Below, piece after piece: positions 9,556-19,473 of a stretch of 64,000 bases of DNA. Origin of the DNA: a virus (taxonomy: Duplodnaviria; Caudoviricetes); the IMG/VR virus record IMGVR_UViG_3300015607_004593, positions 1 through 64,000 of that record; one strand, given 5' to 3'. A program made the position numbers and the translations under genes. Each line of letters opens with the position of its first letter. The stretch's first letter is position 1. The notes beneath the pieces are model-generated. The model was not told the DNA's origin. It saw nothing but the letters and a program-made list of their open reading frames with translations, and ran no database searches.

Positions 9556-11166
9556 TCATAATGATTCTTTAGTTGGAGATTGTTCTCCTCCTCCTTCTTC
9601 TTCACTTTCTCCTTCATCTGGTGTTCCTAGCAACGATGAATCATTCTCTTCATCTCCACCAAATAAATCATCTCCACCTTCAGTATTATCATCAGTATTA
9701 TTTTTACTTGATTTATTTTCTTCAATCTCACTTAACATTTGTTCTTTTAGTATTGCAATCTTATCGTCTGTCAATCTTAAAATTTCTTTCCATATAAATT
9801 CTTTTGAAATAAATGTACCTTCTAATTGTTGTGCTTCATTAACCATAGAAATTCTTTCAGAAAGAATTTCTGCATCCTTTAATTCAGAATAATAAGAATC
9901 TCTTTGAAAATCTATAAAGAGAAAAGGTTTAATTCTATACCAATCAGAAGGAGTAATAATTGATTTTAAAATTAATTGCTTTCTTAATAAATCATAAAGA
10001 AAAAGAATAAATTTCTTTCTTTGTTTATCAATAAACCTTGAGAATTTTAATTCTTCTCTAATGATTGCAGAATCTTTTGAAAAAGTAATAGAAGCATCGG
10101 GTTGAAGTCTTGTCAAAGGTACATTTAAAGATTTATATAATTTTTCTCTGAAGTAAGTAACATCATCTAAATTTGAAAGATTTGTTCCTCCTTCTAAAGT
10201 TTGAATTTCTGTAGAACGAGTTCCACCGCGTCTAGGTAGCCAATAATCTTCCATCATTGAAAGTACATTCTTTTTATCAACAATTTCGCCCGTGGAAGGG
10301 TCATACACCATTTTGTTTCTATGCCTTGCAATTTGTTCTTTAAGATATTCATCTGCTTTATTTTTTGGTAAATCACCTGTATCTACATAAAATACTCTTC
10401 TTTCCGGCGCTCTTGCTAGACGATAAATGATAAGAGCCGATTCAATCATAGATAATTGATTTGCAACTTTCATTGATTTATGAAGAGGAGAAAGAATGAT
10501 TCCTGTTTTTGGGTCTACTAGACCTGAATTTGAATAAGCAATAGAATCACAAGAAATCTTAATGTCATTTTGACTATTAAAATCACCTGTTTCCGAATAA
10601 CTAAAATATTCATTAACATGCTTAATAACAGGAACATTCTTTTCATCTAAAACTCTCTCAATAATTTTTATTTTTTTAATAGTGAGAGCATCTAATTGTC
10701 TAACGTCTAAAATACCTGCTTTTGGATTTTTCATATCAATAAGGATATGAAAAAATATTCTTCCATCAACGTACCATCTACGGCAAAAATCATAAGCATT
10801 GTTTTGAAAATCTAAAAGATTTACAAGGTAATCAAATTCCTTTTTTATCTTATTTCTAAATTCTTTTTTATAAGGTAAATCTGAAATAACCAATGAAACA
10901 ATTGGTAAATTTTCTGAAGTAACAATCATTTCATTTATAATTTCTTCTATAGCTCTATCCACTTCAGGTATAAAAGAAAGTTCTCTGTATTTTTTTATTA
11001 ATTCTTTATCTGTTGTTACAGAAGTATTTTGTTCATAAGAAAATATAGAAGATAATGAAGTCCCGAATGATAAAGCGCCAGCATCTTCGTCCTTTGGGAC
11101 AATAGCCTTTAAATCTTCTAATTGATTTTTTTTCGGGTCTTTTATTTCCCAACCTAAAATTTTCAT
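9556..11166 (-). CDS. gp20: Portal protein (gp20-like)
   Basis: RRWYVDGR, IYRLARAPERRVFYVDTGDLPK, EDYWLPRRGG, REELKF. Confidence 0.98.
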   Translation of the reverse strand: MKILGWEIKDPKKNQLEDLKAIVPKDEDAGALSFGTSLSSIFSYEQNTSVTTDKELIKKYRELSFIPEVDRAIEEIINEMIVTSENLPIVSLVISDLPYKKEFRNKIKKEFDYLVNLLDFQNNAYDFCRRWYVDGRIFFHILIDMKNPKAGILDVRQLDALTIKKIKIIERVLDEKNVPVIKHVNEYFSYSETGDFNSQNDIKISCDSIAYSNSGLVDPKTGIILSPLHKSMKVANQLSMIESALIIYRLARAPERRVFYVDTGDLPKNKADEYLKEQIARHRNKMVYDPSTGEIVDKKNVLSMMEDYWLPRRGGTRSTEIQTLEGGTNLSNLDDVTYFREKLYKSLNVPLTRLQPDASITFSKDSAIIREELKFSRFIDKQRKKFILFLYDLLRKQLILKSIITPSDWYRIKPFLFIDFQRDSYYSELKDAEILSERISMVNEAQQLEGTFISKEFIWKEILRLTDDKIAILKEQMLSEIEENKSSKNNTDDNTEGGDDLFGGDEENDSSLLGTPDEGESEEEGGGEQSPTKESL

Positions 11167-11211
11167 TTATGAATGTATTCCTTAATAAAATTAAAAAATA
11201 AAATTTAAAAC

Positions 11212-11219
11212 TATTTATA
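11212..11219 (-). promoter_or_regulatory. T4-type late promoter TATAAATA
   Basis: Exact T4 late consensus about 45 bp upstream of the portal gene. Confidence 0.75.
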
Positions 11220-11242
11220 AAAACATAAACTTAAAGAATTAG

Positions 11243-12376
11243 TTACAAAGTTAAATAGAGTTCTGATAATGAAATTGTTTTTTCTTCCCCACTTTCTATA
11301 TCCTTAACAGTAATATTTGTTTCTTCATGTAGACATTCATCAATAAACAAACAATTATGAACATTCACACCATTGGCAATAAATGAATGAACATCTTTTA
11401 CATCTGTTAAATCAACAACAGTTGTATTTTTATTATAATTTAAATCTATTTCAGAAATGATTGCTTCTGTTGAATGAAGAAGTGTTCCGAAAGATTCTTC
11501 AGGTAAAAATTCACTAGCTTGTTTGAATATCCCAAGTTTTTTATCTTTGATAAGATGGTCTTTTGTGCAAATTAAAGAAGTTTCTTTTTCATTGAAAAGA
11601 AAAGGAAGGAATGAAATTTTTATAACTGGTTTATAAGAAACAGAAAACCCTGAAAAATCTTTGAAACCATCTGAAGTTAAAACTTGATAATCGTTATTAG
11701 GATAAAACCCATTAGGAATAACATCTTTATAATGAGTATCTATAAAATCTCTAATCCTTCCATATAAAATTTTTCCAGGTTTTTTTGAAACCGTTATAAA
11801 AGAATCTATAGAGACACAAGAAATAGGCATACCTCTGATGTTTGAAGAAGAAGATGCAGAAGCTAATACTTTAGAACCATTTTCAAGAACAATATAAGTT
11901 TTTGACCATTCTAAAACTCCCTGTTGAAGAAATTTAGGTAAGTTTTGATAAGCTAACTTTATTCGTGAAAGAATATCAATGGCTGTTGATGCTTTATTTG
12001 CTAAGATTGCTACAGTCTTTGATGAATTAAAAAGGACATAATGAAGTATAAAAATTGCAGAGATTGTTGAATTATGAGAAAGAATATTATTTGTAAAATA
12101 CCTTTCACCTTCTACTGAAATATCAAAACATTCTTTTTCTCCAATACTTTCTACAGAAACTACTTTTGATGAAGAATATAATGAATTATTAATTTTAATA
12201 TTTTTTTCAAAAGAATCCTTTGCAAAAATTTCATCATCATTATCTTGAATAAGTATATGTTCTTCTGCACACTCTAAAGTATTTCCATCCTCAAAAACTA
12301 ATCTACAGGAAGGAATATTAGTTAATTTAATTATAGAATTTAAACATTCAAAACCTGAAGGTGTTAAAATTTTCAT
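11243..12376 (-). CDS. gp17: Terminase large subunit middle fragment flanked by split-intein halves (IntC 102 aa / extein 84 aa / cis mini-intein 155 aa / CLFIDE / IntN 30 aa)
   Basis: Extein STISAIFILHY...AILANKASTAIDILSRIKLAYQNLPKFLQQGVLEW...ENGSKV...IRG...CLFIDE is the gp17 ATPase from just after Walker A Lys to Walker B; intein ends SHN|S and VHN|C; C-terminal CLHEETNITV...ISLSELY. Confidence 0.9.
   Translation of the reverse strand: MKILTPSGFECLNSIIKLTNIPSCRLVFEDGNTLECAEEHILIQDNDDEIFAKDSFEKNIKINNSLYSSSKVVSVESIGEKECFDISVEGERYFTNNILSHNSTISAIFILHYVLFNSSKTVAILANKASTAIDILSRIKLAYQNLPKFLQQGVLEWSKTYIVLENGSKVLASASSSSNIRGMPISCVSIDSFITVSKKPGKILYGRIRDFIDTHYKDVIPNGFYPNNDYQVLTSDGFKDFSGFSVSYKPVIKISFLPFLFNEKETSLICTKDHLIKDKKLGIFKQASEFLPEESFGTLLHSTEAIISEIDLNYNKNTTVVDLTDVKDVHSFIANGVNVHNCLFIDECLHEETNITVKDIESGEEKTISLSELYLTL
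11354..11818 (-). mobile_element. Cis mini-intein in TerL fragment
   Basis: C1 (CVSIDS), block B ICTKDH, terminal FIANGVNVHN followed by Cys. Confidence 0.9.
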
Positions 12377-12414
12377 TTTGTTTTTTTTTCCTAAAAAGAG
12401 AAAATATAAATCAT

Positions 12415-12450
12415 AAAAAAACCTAGAAACTTTTTTGTTTCTAGGTTTTT
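12415..12450 (-). terminator. Intrinsic terminator after tail sheath gene
   Basis: AAAAACCTAGAAAC...GTTTCTAGGTTTTT inverted repeat. Confidence 0.75.
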
Positions 12451-12480
12451 ATTTAAAAATTAAAAACTTTCTTTTTTATC

Positions 12481-14913
12481 TTATAAACCTTCAATTTCAG
12501 TAAATGACATTGAAGAATCTGACCTAACTCCTACAAAGTCCAAATAAATGAAATTGATACTTCTTGATGGTTTAATAGCAAACAAGCTATGGAATTCATT
12601 TCTATCAATAACTTCAGGGCCATTATTATCTGAATCACAAGTAATTCTAAATCCACCCTTTTGAATTCCTCTTCGTGCCTCAACGTCTCTAAAGATAGGC
12701 GTTGTGGTCATTTTGTAAATTTCGCGGGTTGTTTCATCATTGAATTCAAAGAGGAAATATTTTGAAATCTTAGAAACTGCTTTCTTTAGATAAATGAACA
12801 ATCTTCTTACACCAATACGAGAGAAAGCTGAGGGTTTTAAGGTTGTAGTCTTATCACCTAATAAAATAGTTCCTTCTCCCACAAAGGATACAACAGGATT
12901 AATAGATGCTTGATACAAATCATCTCTTTCTCCTGATAACTCTGCACCTGAGAAAGCAACAATACCGAAGTCTGCACCTGGGTTCCATGCTAATTTAGTA
13001 ACATTAGCAACTTTTCCTCTGTTAAATCCGGCTGGCGACCACCAAGGATCGTTTGTATAATCAGTTCGCGCACAAAGACCGGCAATGTCAGGATTTAAAG
13101 GCAACCAATGGAAAGTGTCATTGTATCTATCATATTGATACTTCCATCCTGAATCCATGACTGCATAAGTTGAATCATAACCAACTGCATTTTTATAAGA
13201 AATAACATCTTCTAACTCTTTTCCTCTATTATCTAATACTGCTTCTAAAGGAGGAGAATAGAACATTACACAATCTTGTCTAACTTCAACAACATTAGAA
13301 ATTACCCAATTCACAATAACTGGATTTAGGTATTGTCCCATGATAATTAATGAAACATCAACTGAATTTGGATTTCTGAACAAATAGAATCCATTAATTA
13401 CAGTTGCTAAATTTTCATCATTCAAAGTTCCAATATCATTATCGGAAACCCCTGAAGCTAAAGAAATCTTTGAATAGATGTTATTAGGATTATCATTTGG
13501 GTCTTTTGAAACTTTAACAGTGATAACGTTATCACCTGAAGCAACAGTAGAAATTATTCCAGGAATGATAGTAATCTTATTCAAAGAATTATTTCTTGAG
13601 AATTCAGATTGTTTTAAAATTCTTCTTATACCTGAAGCCTTCTTTTCGTACACAACATCAATATTTTGAAATTGAGATAGAGTTGTAGAAGGTAAAGCTA
13701 CATCATAAGCAGTTGCCGTAACAGCCTTAGTTTCTGCTCTTGTAATTACAATCGTAACAATACCATGCTCAGTTAATCTATCAGCATCAATAGTGAAAGT
13801 ATCACCAGAAAGGTCAACAGTATAATCAGAAGATAAAAGAGTTTCAGGAGTAGATGCTGAATCTCCAAGGAAAGTAACTACAAAGGTATCTCCAGTTATA
13901 ATATCAACTGAAGAAGTAGTATCAACAATAACAGTTTGTGTTGCAACAGGAGTTACATCAAAAGTTAATGTTTTAGTTTGAGTAAATGTTACATTACCGG
14001 ATGCTGAAACAACTTCAGGTTTCAAAAGTAAATTTGAACCAGAAATACTATAAAGAGTAGGTTGAATTGTTGAAGTAGACCCGCCGGTAGGAGTATAGGT
14101 TAAAGCTCTTGTTGCTGCTGTAATAACTGAACCTGCTGTCAAAGCTACCGTAATATCTGTAATAGAAACATTATGAACAATTTGTTTTCCAGAAAGAATA
14201 TCTGAAATATTTTTCTCTCCTACCCAAATATAAGAAGAACCATTATTAATTGCAGTCTTATAATACTTAGATGAACCATCGTATTTTCTTGCACCCGGAA
14301 CAAAAGACAATCCTTCAAATTTTTCAATAATAGAAAGATAAGAGTCTGTTTGCCATTTCTCTCCAGTATCTAAAACTACTAAAGAAAATTCTCCATCGGC
14401 AGGAGGATAATCAAAGGCCGTTTTATAAGCCCAATGAGGGAATGAATATTTATCAGCAATTGAAATAGCAATAGAATTTCCAAGTGCAGAAGGATATTTA
14501 GCAGCAAAAGCTACATTCGCCAACAAACCTGAATTTCTTCTTGATTCAAACTCTTTATCATTTTTAATGATTAAATCTGTAACTGTAGAAACTACTCCAT
14601 CAATAATAACTGCATTTGCATTTCTTGCATTATCGCCAACTAAACGAACAACCTTTAGATTATTACCATAGACAAAGAAATTTGCCATAGTAAAGAAATC
14701 TTGATAAGTTGATTGTTTAGGATTAGTAGTATCAATAGTTGGTTTATAGAACTTTGATACAATATCGTTCTCAGAAAATAAAGAAACTAACTCTTCACAT
14801 CTTCCCCATTCTGAAGCAATAACGGTTGCAGCAGTTGTAGTAGAAATGCTTGGAGAAGAAAGAGAATAATCCTTCTCTGTACTTAAAATACCCGGACTTA
14901 ATAAGTAAGCCAT
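12481..14913 (-). CDS. gp18: Contractile tail sheath protein (gp18-like) with a Thr/Val-rich insertion
   Basis: LLSPGI, DSGWKYQYDRYND, DIAGLCARTD...WWSPAGFNRG, RIGVRRLF, FEFNDETTR, IKPSRSINFI. Confidence 0.97.
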   Translation of the reverse strand: MAYLLSPGILSTEKDYSLSSPSISTTTAATVIASEWGRCEELVSLFSENDIVSKFYKPTIDTTNPKQSTYQDFFTMANFFVYGNNLKVVRLVGDNARNANAVIIDGVVSTVTDLIIKNDKEFESRRNSGLLANVAFAAKYPSALGNSIAISIADKYSFPHWAYKTAFDYPPADGEFSLVVLDTGEKWQTDSYLSIIEKFEGLSFVPGARKYDGSSKYYKTAINNGSSYIWVGEKNISDILSGKQIVHNVSITDITVALTAGSVITAATRALTYTPTGGSTSTIQPTLYSISGSNLLLKPEVVSASGNVTFTQTKTLTFDVTPVATQTVIVDTTSSVDIITGDTFVVTFLGDSASTPETLLSSDYTVDLSGDTFTIDADRLTEHGIVTIVITRAETKAVTATAYDVALPSTTLSQFQNIDVVYEKKASGIRRILKQSEFSRNNSLNKITIIPGIISTVASGDNVITVKVSKDPNDNPNNIYSKISLASGVSDNDIGTLNDENLATVINGFYLFRNPNSVDVSLIIMGQYLNPVIVNWVISNVVEVRQDCVMFYSPPLEAVLDNRGKELEDVISYKNAVGYDSTYAVMDSGWKYQYDRYNDTFHWLPLNPDIAGLCARTDYTNDPWWSPAGFNRGKVANVTKLAWNPGADFGIVAFSGAELSGERDDLYQASINPVVSFVGEGTILLGDKTTTLKPSAFSRIGVRRLFIYLKKAVSKISKYFLFEFNDETTREIYKMTTTPIFRDVEARRGIQKGGFRITCDSDNNGPEVIDRNEFHSLFAIKPSRSINFIYLDFVGVRSDSSMSFTEIEGL

Positions 14914-15039
14914 TTGATCGAAACTCCTTTTTCATTTTTGTTTTAAAAATGTTAATTATCTTCCTTAAAGCACATCTTTCATACATCATTTTAATTCTTT
15001 TTTTAAAGGAAGATGAAAACCAAAATTTTTTATAAAAGT

Positions 15040-15047
15040 TATTTATA
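15040..15047 (-). promoter_or_regulatory. T4-type late promoter TATAAATA
   Basis: Exact consensus upstream of gp18. Confidence 0.7.
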
Positions 15048-15332
15048 AAATAAAAAAATTAATCTACAAAACTTTAACCAAAGAAAAAACCTAAGAGTTA
15101 GAAAAGATTCTTTATACCTTTTCACTCTTAGGTTTTTGTTTTAAAAAAACCTCAATTCATTTTCTTTTTTTCTATTTAATCTTCTTCCCAAAATCTATTT
15201 TTTACAGAAATTTTATTTTTTGGTTTTTTATAAGGTTCTCTTCGTTCTATTAAAAAATTATCTGAGATATTAAACAAATTATTTTTCTTTTTCTTATCTG
15301 TATATCTACTATTCTTTGGTTTTTCAAAAAAA

Positions 15333-16082
15333 TCACATACTTTCTCTTGATTCATTTTCTTTTTCAGTCTGCTTCTTTAAAGGATGTTTATTTGCTAAAT
15401 GTTTATAGGATACTTTAGTGAATCCAATTAATTTTTCTAATTCACGTTTCAGCCATATCAACGTCTCAGGGTTTATGATGTTTTTATTGTAAAGAAGAAT
15501 AAAATGTGAAAAATCAGATTTAGTATCTATCCTTTCTGTACCTGTTCTTATAAAATTAATTTTTTCTGTTTCTGAGAAAATAGAAGATAAAGATTTTTGA
15601 AAGAAATATTCATCTGAAGTAGTTATTGTTAAGTTATGGTAAAAAACAAAATCAATAATATCTCCAACTCCTAATTTCAGGAGAGAAGATTTTAATAAGT
15701 TAAAATCTTCATCAGAATAAATTTTTTTATCTTCATCCGTCATATTCTCATAGGATTCTTGAAAAGCAAAGGCTAATAGTTTAAAGGCTTTAAAAACTAT
15801 TGGTTTCAATTTTTGAAAAGGAGGCGTTGTTGAAAATTGTCCTAATGAAGAATAAACTTTAATTTGAATCCCTGATAAAATTTCTGATGTAGTTTTACCA
15901 ACATCATCAGAATTAAGACGTAAATCTTCTTTTATATAAGATATATAATAATCTTCTGGAAAGATTGAATCTATATCCTTTATCTTTACTATAACAGATT
16001 TTATCTGTTCTTCACTATCTGTAGAAGATAGTGAAGATGATGACCTCAACATAATAGATTGAATGAAATTATTGTCTAACAT
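15333..16082 (-). CDS. Hypothetical protein
   Basis: 249-aa ORF tightly coupled to the upstream gene. Confidence 0.7.
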   Translation of the reverse strand: MLDNNFIQSIMLRSSSSLSSTDSEEQIKSVIVKIKDIDSIFPEDYYISYIKEDLRLNSDDVGKTTSEILSGIQIKVYSSLGQFSTTPPFQKLKPIVFKAFKLLAFAFQESYENMTDEDKKIYSDEDFNLLKSSLLKLGVGDIIDFVFYHNLTITTSDEYFFQKSLSSIFSETEKINFIRTGTERIDTKSDFSHFILLYNKNIINPETLIWLKRELEKLIGFTKVSYKHLANKHPLKKQTEKENESRESM

Positions 16083-16084
16083 TT

Positions 16085-16675
16085 TTAAGTTTTTGTTTTA
16101 ATCCGATTTATCTCAGAAGAAATAAAATCTCTTCTCTCTTGTTTATCCCTAGACATTACCTTTATTACTTTTCCTTGAAAACATCTTTTTGAGAAAATAA
16201 TATCAAATAATTCTTTTTGTTTATTTATAAAATTAATATCTACTATCCTAATACCATCATCTTCAATATGAGGAATTTCTGAGACAAAGAAAATAGATGA
16301 ATAAAAACGTAATGAATATTCTAAACATCTCATATAATAATTATCTAAGATAGATTTACTTTCTTGATTCTTATCAAAGGAATCAAGAATTAAAGAATAG
16401 TAGATATAAAAATCAATGAAAGACCTTTCTGTTAAAAATACTTCTTTAGAAGAAACAAAACTTTCTTCTACATCTCTTTTATAAAGAAAAAGTGTTTCAT
16501 GAAATTTTATTGTATTCTCAAGTGAAGATGAAATGTCTTTTGTAGTCATATTCATCTTTTTCATAACTTCACGAGCAAATTGATTTTGAATTTCTTTGTA
16601 TCCAAAATCATTTTTCAATGAAGATAAGATTGTTCCTTTCCCACAGGAAGAAGGGCCACAGATTGAAAATAGCAT
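16085..16675 (-). CDS. P-loop nucleotide kinase-like protein (AAA_28 type)
   Basis: GPSSCGKGT Walker A, ERSFID, EDDGIR. Confidence 0.8.
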   Translation of the reverse strand: MLFSICGPSSCGKGTILSSLKNDFGYKEIQNQFAREVMKKMNMTTKDISSSLENTIKFHETLFLYKRDVEESFVSSKEVFLTERSFIDFYIYYSLILDSFDKNQESKSILDNYYMRCLEYSLRFYSSIFFVSEIPHIEDDGIRIVDINFINKQKELFDIIFSKRCFQGKVIKVMSRDKQERRDFISSEINRIKTKT

Positions 16676-16735
16676 AAGAAGTTCTCTTTTTAAGATGTTA
16701 AAAAGAAGGGATTTTAAATCACTTTTACTATTATA

Positions 16736-17182
16736 TTAAACATCTGTTGAAAGGTAAAGAAGAGATTCAGATTTTCTCCTTTTCACCAAACCGGCTAAAA
16801 CAACCCCGTTGTCTTTGTTCCAAAGTAAAAATGAATTTGCTGCTTTTTCAAATTGCCCTTGGTTATGAAAACGAAGAACGGATGATTTTTTAAAATTACC
16901 TAATCCTATGTTGTAAGCAAGTGAAACCATAGCTGAAAATTGATTTTCATTTGTTGAATAGGATAATAGTTTATTAACTCCGTCTTGAAATTTATCAATA
17001 TCAGAATCAAACAATTCATTTGCTTTTTCTTTTGAAATAGTAAGACCCAACTTAACATCAGGCCCGGTATGCCCATAACCTATGGTAAGAACTTTACCTG
17101 TATCAAGATATGTCTTTAAACGTAAAGATTCATAAAATTTAATAATGTTTTTTCCTGCTTCGTTGATGCTTAAATTTTTCAT
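16736..17182 (-). CDS. GH24 lysozyme (endolysin)
   Basis: Catalytic E-x8-D-x5-T (YESLRLKTYLDTGKVLTIGYGHT), NQFSAMVSLAYNIG, GLVKRRKSE. Confidence 0.95.
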   Translation of the reverse strand: MKNLSINEAGKNIIKFYESLRLKTYLDTGKVLTIGYGHTGPDVKLGLTISKEKANELFDSDIDKFQDGVNKLLSYSTNENQFSAMVSLAYNIGLGNFKKSSVLRFHNQGQFEKAANSFLLWNKDNGVVLAGLVKRRKSESLLYLSTDV

Positions 17183-17222
17183 TTAATTTTTCCTAAATTG
17201 TTAATTTTAATATTTTCATAAG

Positions 17223-17399
17223 TTTTTGTTTTTAAACATCTTTTCAAAAAAATGAAAATTTTGAAAAAAAAGAGTACCTAGACTACCACCCCTTAAAAAA
17301 ACGTAAAAATGACCCTCATAAGTCTTTGAATTAAAACAAGAAAAAAATTAAAAAAATTCATTTTTTAGCAAACCTAGACTTTTTTAAAAACCTAAAAAA
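17223..17399. repeat. Dispersed ~170-bp non-coding repeat, copy 1
   Basis: Near-identical to 58597..58770 (shared GAGTACCTAGACTACCACC, AAAACGTAAAAATGACCCT, TAAGTCTTTGAATTAAAACAAG, CAAACCTAGACTTTTTTAAAAACC). Confidence 0.92.
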
Positions 17400-17426
17400 T
17401 TTCTTTTCTCTCTTTGATTACTTTTC

Positions 17427-19406
17427 TTAAATTATTTCATTTATAGAAGTAAAATTATTCACTAAAGAAAGAGAAAGAATTCTATCCATCTTAGATTCAA
17501 ACAATTCTGATTTATGAGAAATAACAAATATAGAAGTATCTAAAGAAATCCTTTCTAAAAGTCCAATGACAAGTTCTGTTGATTGAGGGTCTAAAGAAGA
17601 ATCAGTAATTTCATCACAGAAAAGAATATTTGCATTTAATGAATTCTTCATCTTGGAAATCTCTCTCCAAGTAAACAACAAAGCTAAATCTATTTTCATT
17701 TTTTGACCATCAGAAAAAGATTCATAAGAAAAATTATCTCTATATCTTGATTTAATAATCTCATTAAAATTTTCATCAAAACGAAAATCAATAGAAAGAT
17801 TTAACTCTTCTAAAAAAATATTTAATAAATTATTAATCTTTGGTAGATATTCTTTTATGATAAGAGTCTTTACACCATCATCTTTTAATAAAAACTGACA
17901 GAACTCATAATAATCAGTTTCTTCTATTAAATTAATTAATTCATCCTTTTTTTCATTTAATAAATTATTTTTAATAAAAATTAATTCTTCTTCTTTTATA
18001 ATATCTACATCTAAAGATAAAGTAGAAGAAGATGTTATTAATTCATTTATAATTGATATATAAGAGTTCTTTTCATTTAACAATCTTTCTTTTAAAGAAA
18101 TAATAGATTTATAATAATCTAATCCTTTAGATACTTCTTTATAAAAAGAGGATAATTCATTTAATGATTCTTCTAAAGAAGAGATATGTTTATCAGTATT
18201 GATTATCTTTTCATTTAAAACTAATAACTTTTCTTCTTTCATTTTATCATTAATAACTTGAGAACAAGTAGGACAAGAATTATTTTCTTTATAGAATAGT
18301 TTTGATTGTTCTAATTTATTCTTCTTATCTATATCTCTATTCTTAGAATAGATAAGTTTATTTTCTTTTTCTTTAAAATTTCTTTCTAAGACTTCTATAT
18401 TACCAAACTTTTGTTCTATATTCTTTAATTCTTGATTCTTTTCTTCTAAAGAAATATCTAAATCTTTTATCTTTTGTTGAAAAAGAGAAATCTTTTCTTG
18501 ATTATTTTCTTTATTTTTTTCTATCAGTAAAAGAGTCTTTTGTATTAACTCTTTTATATAGGATATTTCAGAAGTAAGTTCTTTTATTTCAATCTTTTTT
18601 TCTTTTATTTGTTCTAATAATTCTTGAGATTTATTCTTTGCTGTTTGATTCATCAAAGAAAAAATATCTATATGAAGAAGTGATTCAATAATTTTTCTTC
18701 TATCTGCTTTAGCTAATTTCATAAAAGGAATATAATTTCTTCCTCCTACTACAATAACTGTAGTAAAGGTTTTAAAATCAGTTCTTAATATTTGTTCTTC
18801 TAAGTATTTTTGAAAATCTTTACTCCTAGAATCTTGTTTTAATATGGTTCCATTCTGTTCTATTTCAAACCTTGATGGTTTCAATCCTCTTTTCACTACA
18901 TAAGAATTTCCGAAGCAATCAAACTCAACTTCTACAAGACAATCTTTCTCATTGATAGAATTGATAAGTTGATTTAAATTTACTCCTCTTGTTGTTTTTC
19001 CAAAAAGACAAAAAGTTAAAGCTGTATGAATAGAAGAATTATGAGAAAGGATTCCATTAGAATAAAATCTCTTTTCTTTAGAAGCTAAAGAAACATCATA
19101 CATTTCTTCTTCTATTCCTAAATTTTGAACATAAATTACTTCTTCTATTCCATTTTTAGTTTGGATTGCTGATTCAAAAGGAACTAAGTCTTTTACAAAG
19201 ACTTCATTCATAAAATGATCAAATACAATATGATTATCAGCACATTCAATAAAAAGTCCTGATTCAACTACTATTTTATATTTTTTATAAGGAATAGTTT
19301 TATGAACGTAATCTATATCCACCCAACCTTCATCGGTTTCTATTTCTAAATCTTCTAATGAAAAAGAAGAGGTAAATTTTCTTTCAATTGAATTTGATAG
19401 GGACAT
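17427..19406 (-). CDS. gp46: gp46 (Rad50/SbcC-like ATPase), C-terminal piece preceded by a 123-aa IntC
   Basis: IntC ends FYSNGILSHN|S at 19038; then ALTFCLFGK, LINSIN, CPTC zinc hook, FSDGQKMKIDLALLFTWR, CDE Walker B, VISH. Confidence 0.95.
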   Translation of the reverse strand: MSLSNSIERKFTSSFSLEDLEIETDEGWVDIDYVHKTIPYKKYKIVVESGLFIECADNHIVFDHFMNEVFVKDLVPFESAIQTKNGIEEVIYVQNLGIEEEMYDVSLASKEKRFYSNGILSHNSSIHTALTFCLFGKTTRGVNLNQLINSINEKDCLVEVEFDCFGNSYVVKRGLKPSRFEIEQNGTILKQDSRSKDFQKYLEEQILRTDFKTFTTVIVVGGRNYIPFMKLAKADRRKIIESLLHIDIFSLMNQTAKNKSQELLEQIKEKKIEIKELTSEISYIKELIQKTLLLIEKNKENNQEKISLFQQKIKDLDISLEEKNQELKNIEQKFGNIEVLERNFKEKENKLIYSKNRDIDKKNKLEQSKLFYKENNSCPTCSQVINDKMKEEKLLVLNEKIINTDKHISSLEESLNELSSFYKEVSKGLDYYKSIISLKERLLNEKNSYISIINELITSSSTLSLDVDIIKEEELIFIKNNLLNEKKDELINLIEETDYYEFCQFLLKDDGVKTLIIKEYLPKINNLLNIFLEELNLSIDFRFDENFNEIIKSRYRDNFSYESFSDGQKMKIDLALLFTWREISKMKNSLNANILFCDEITDSSLDPQSTELVIGLLERISLDTSIFVISHKSELFESKMDRILSLSLVNNFTSINEII

Positions 19407-19473
19407 TTTATTTTTTTATGTTTAGTAATATAAGAATCTTTAGTTTACTTAATCTAATTAGAGAATAGTTATT

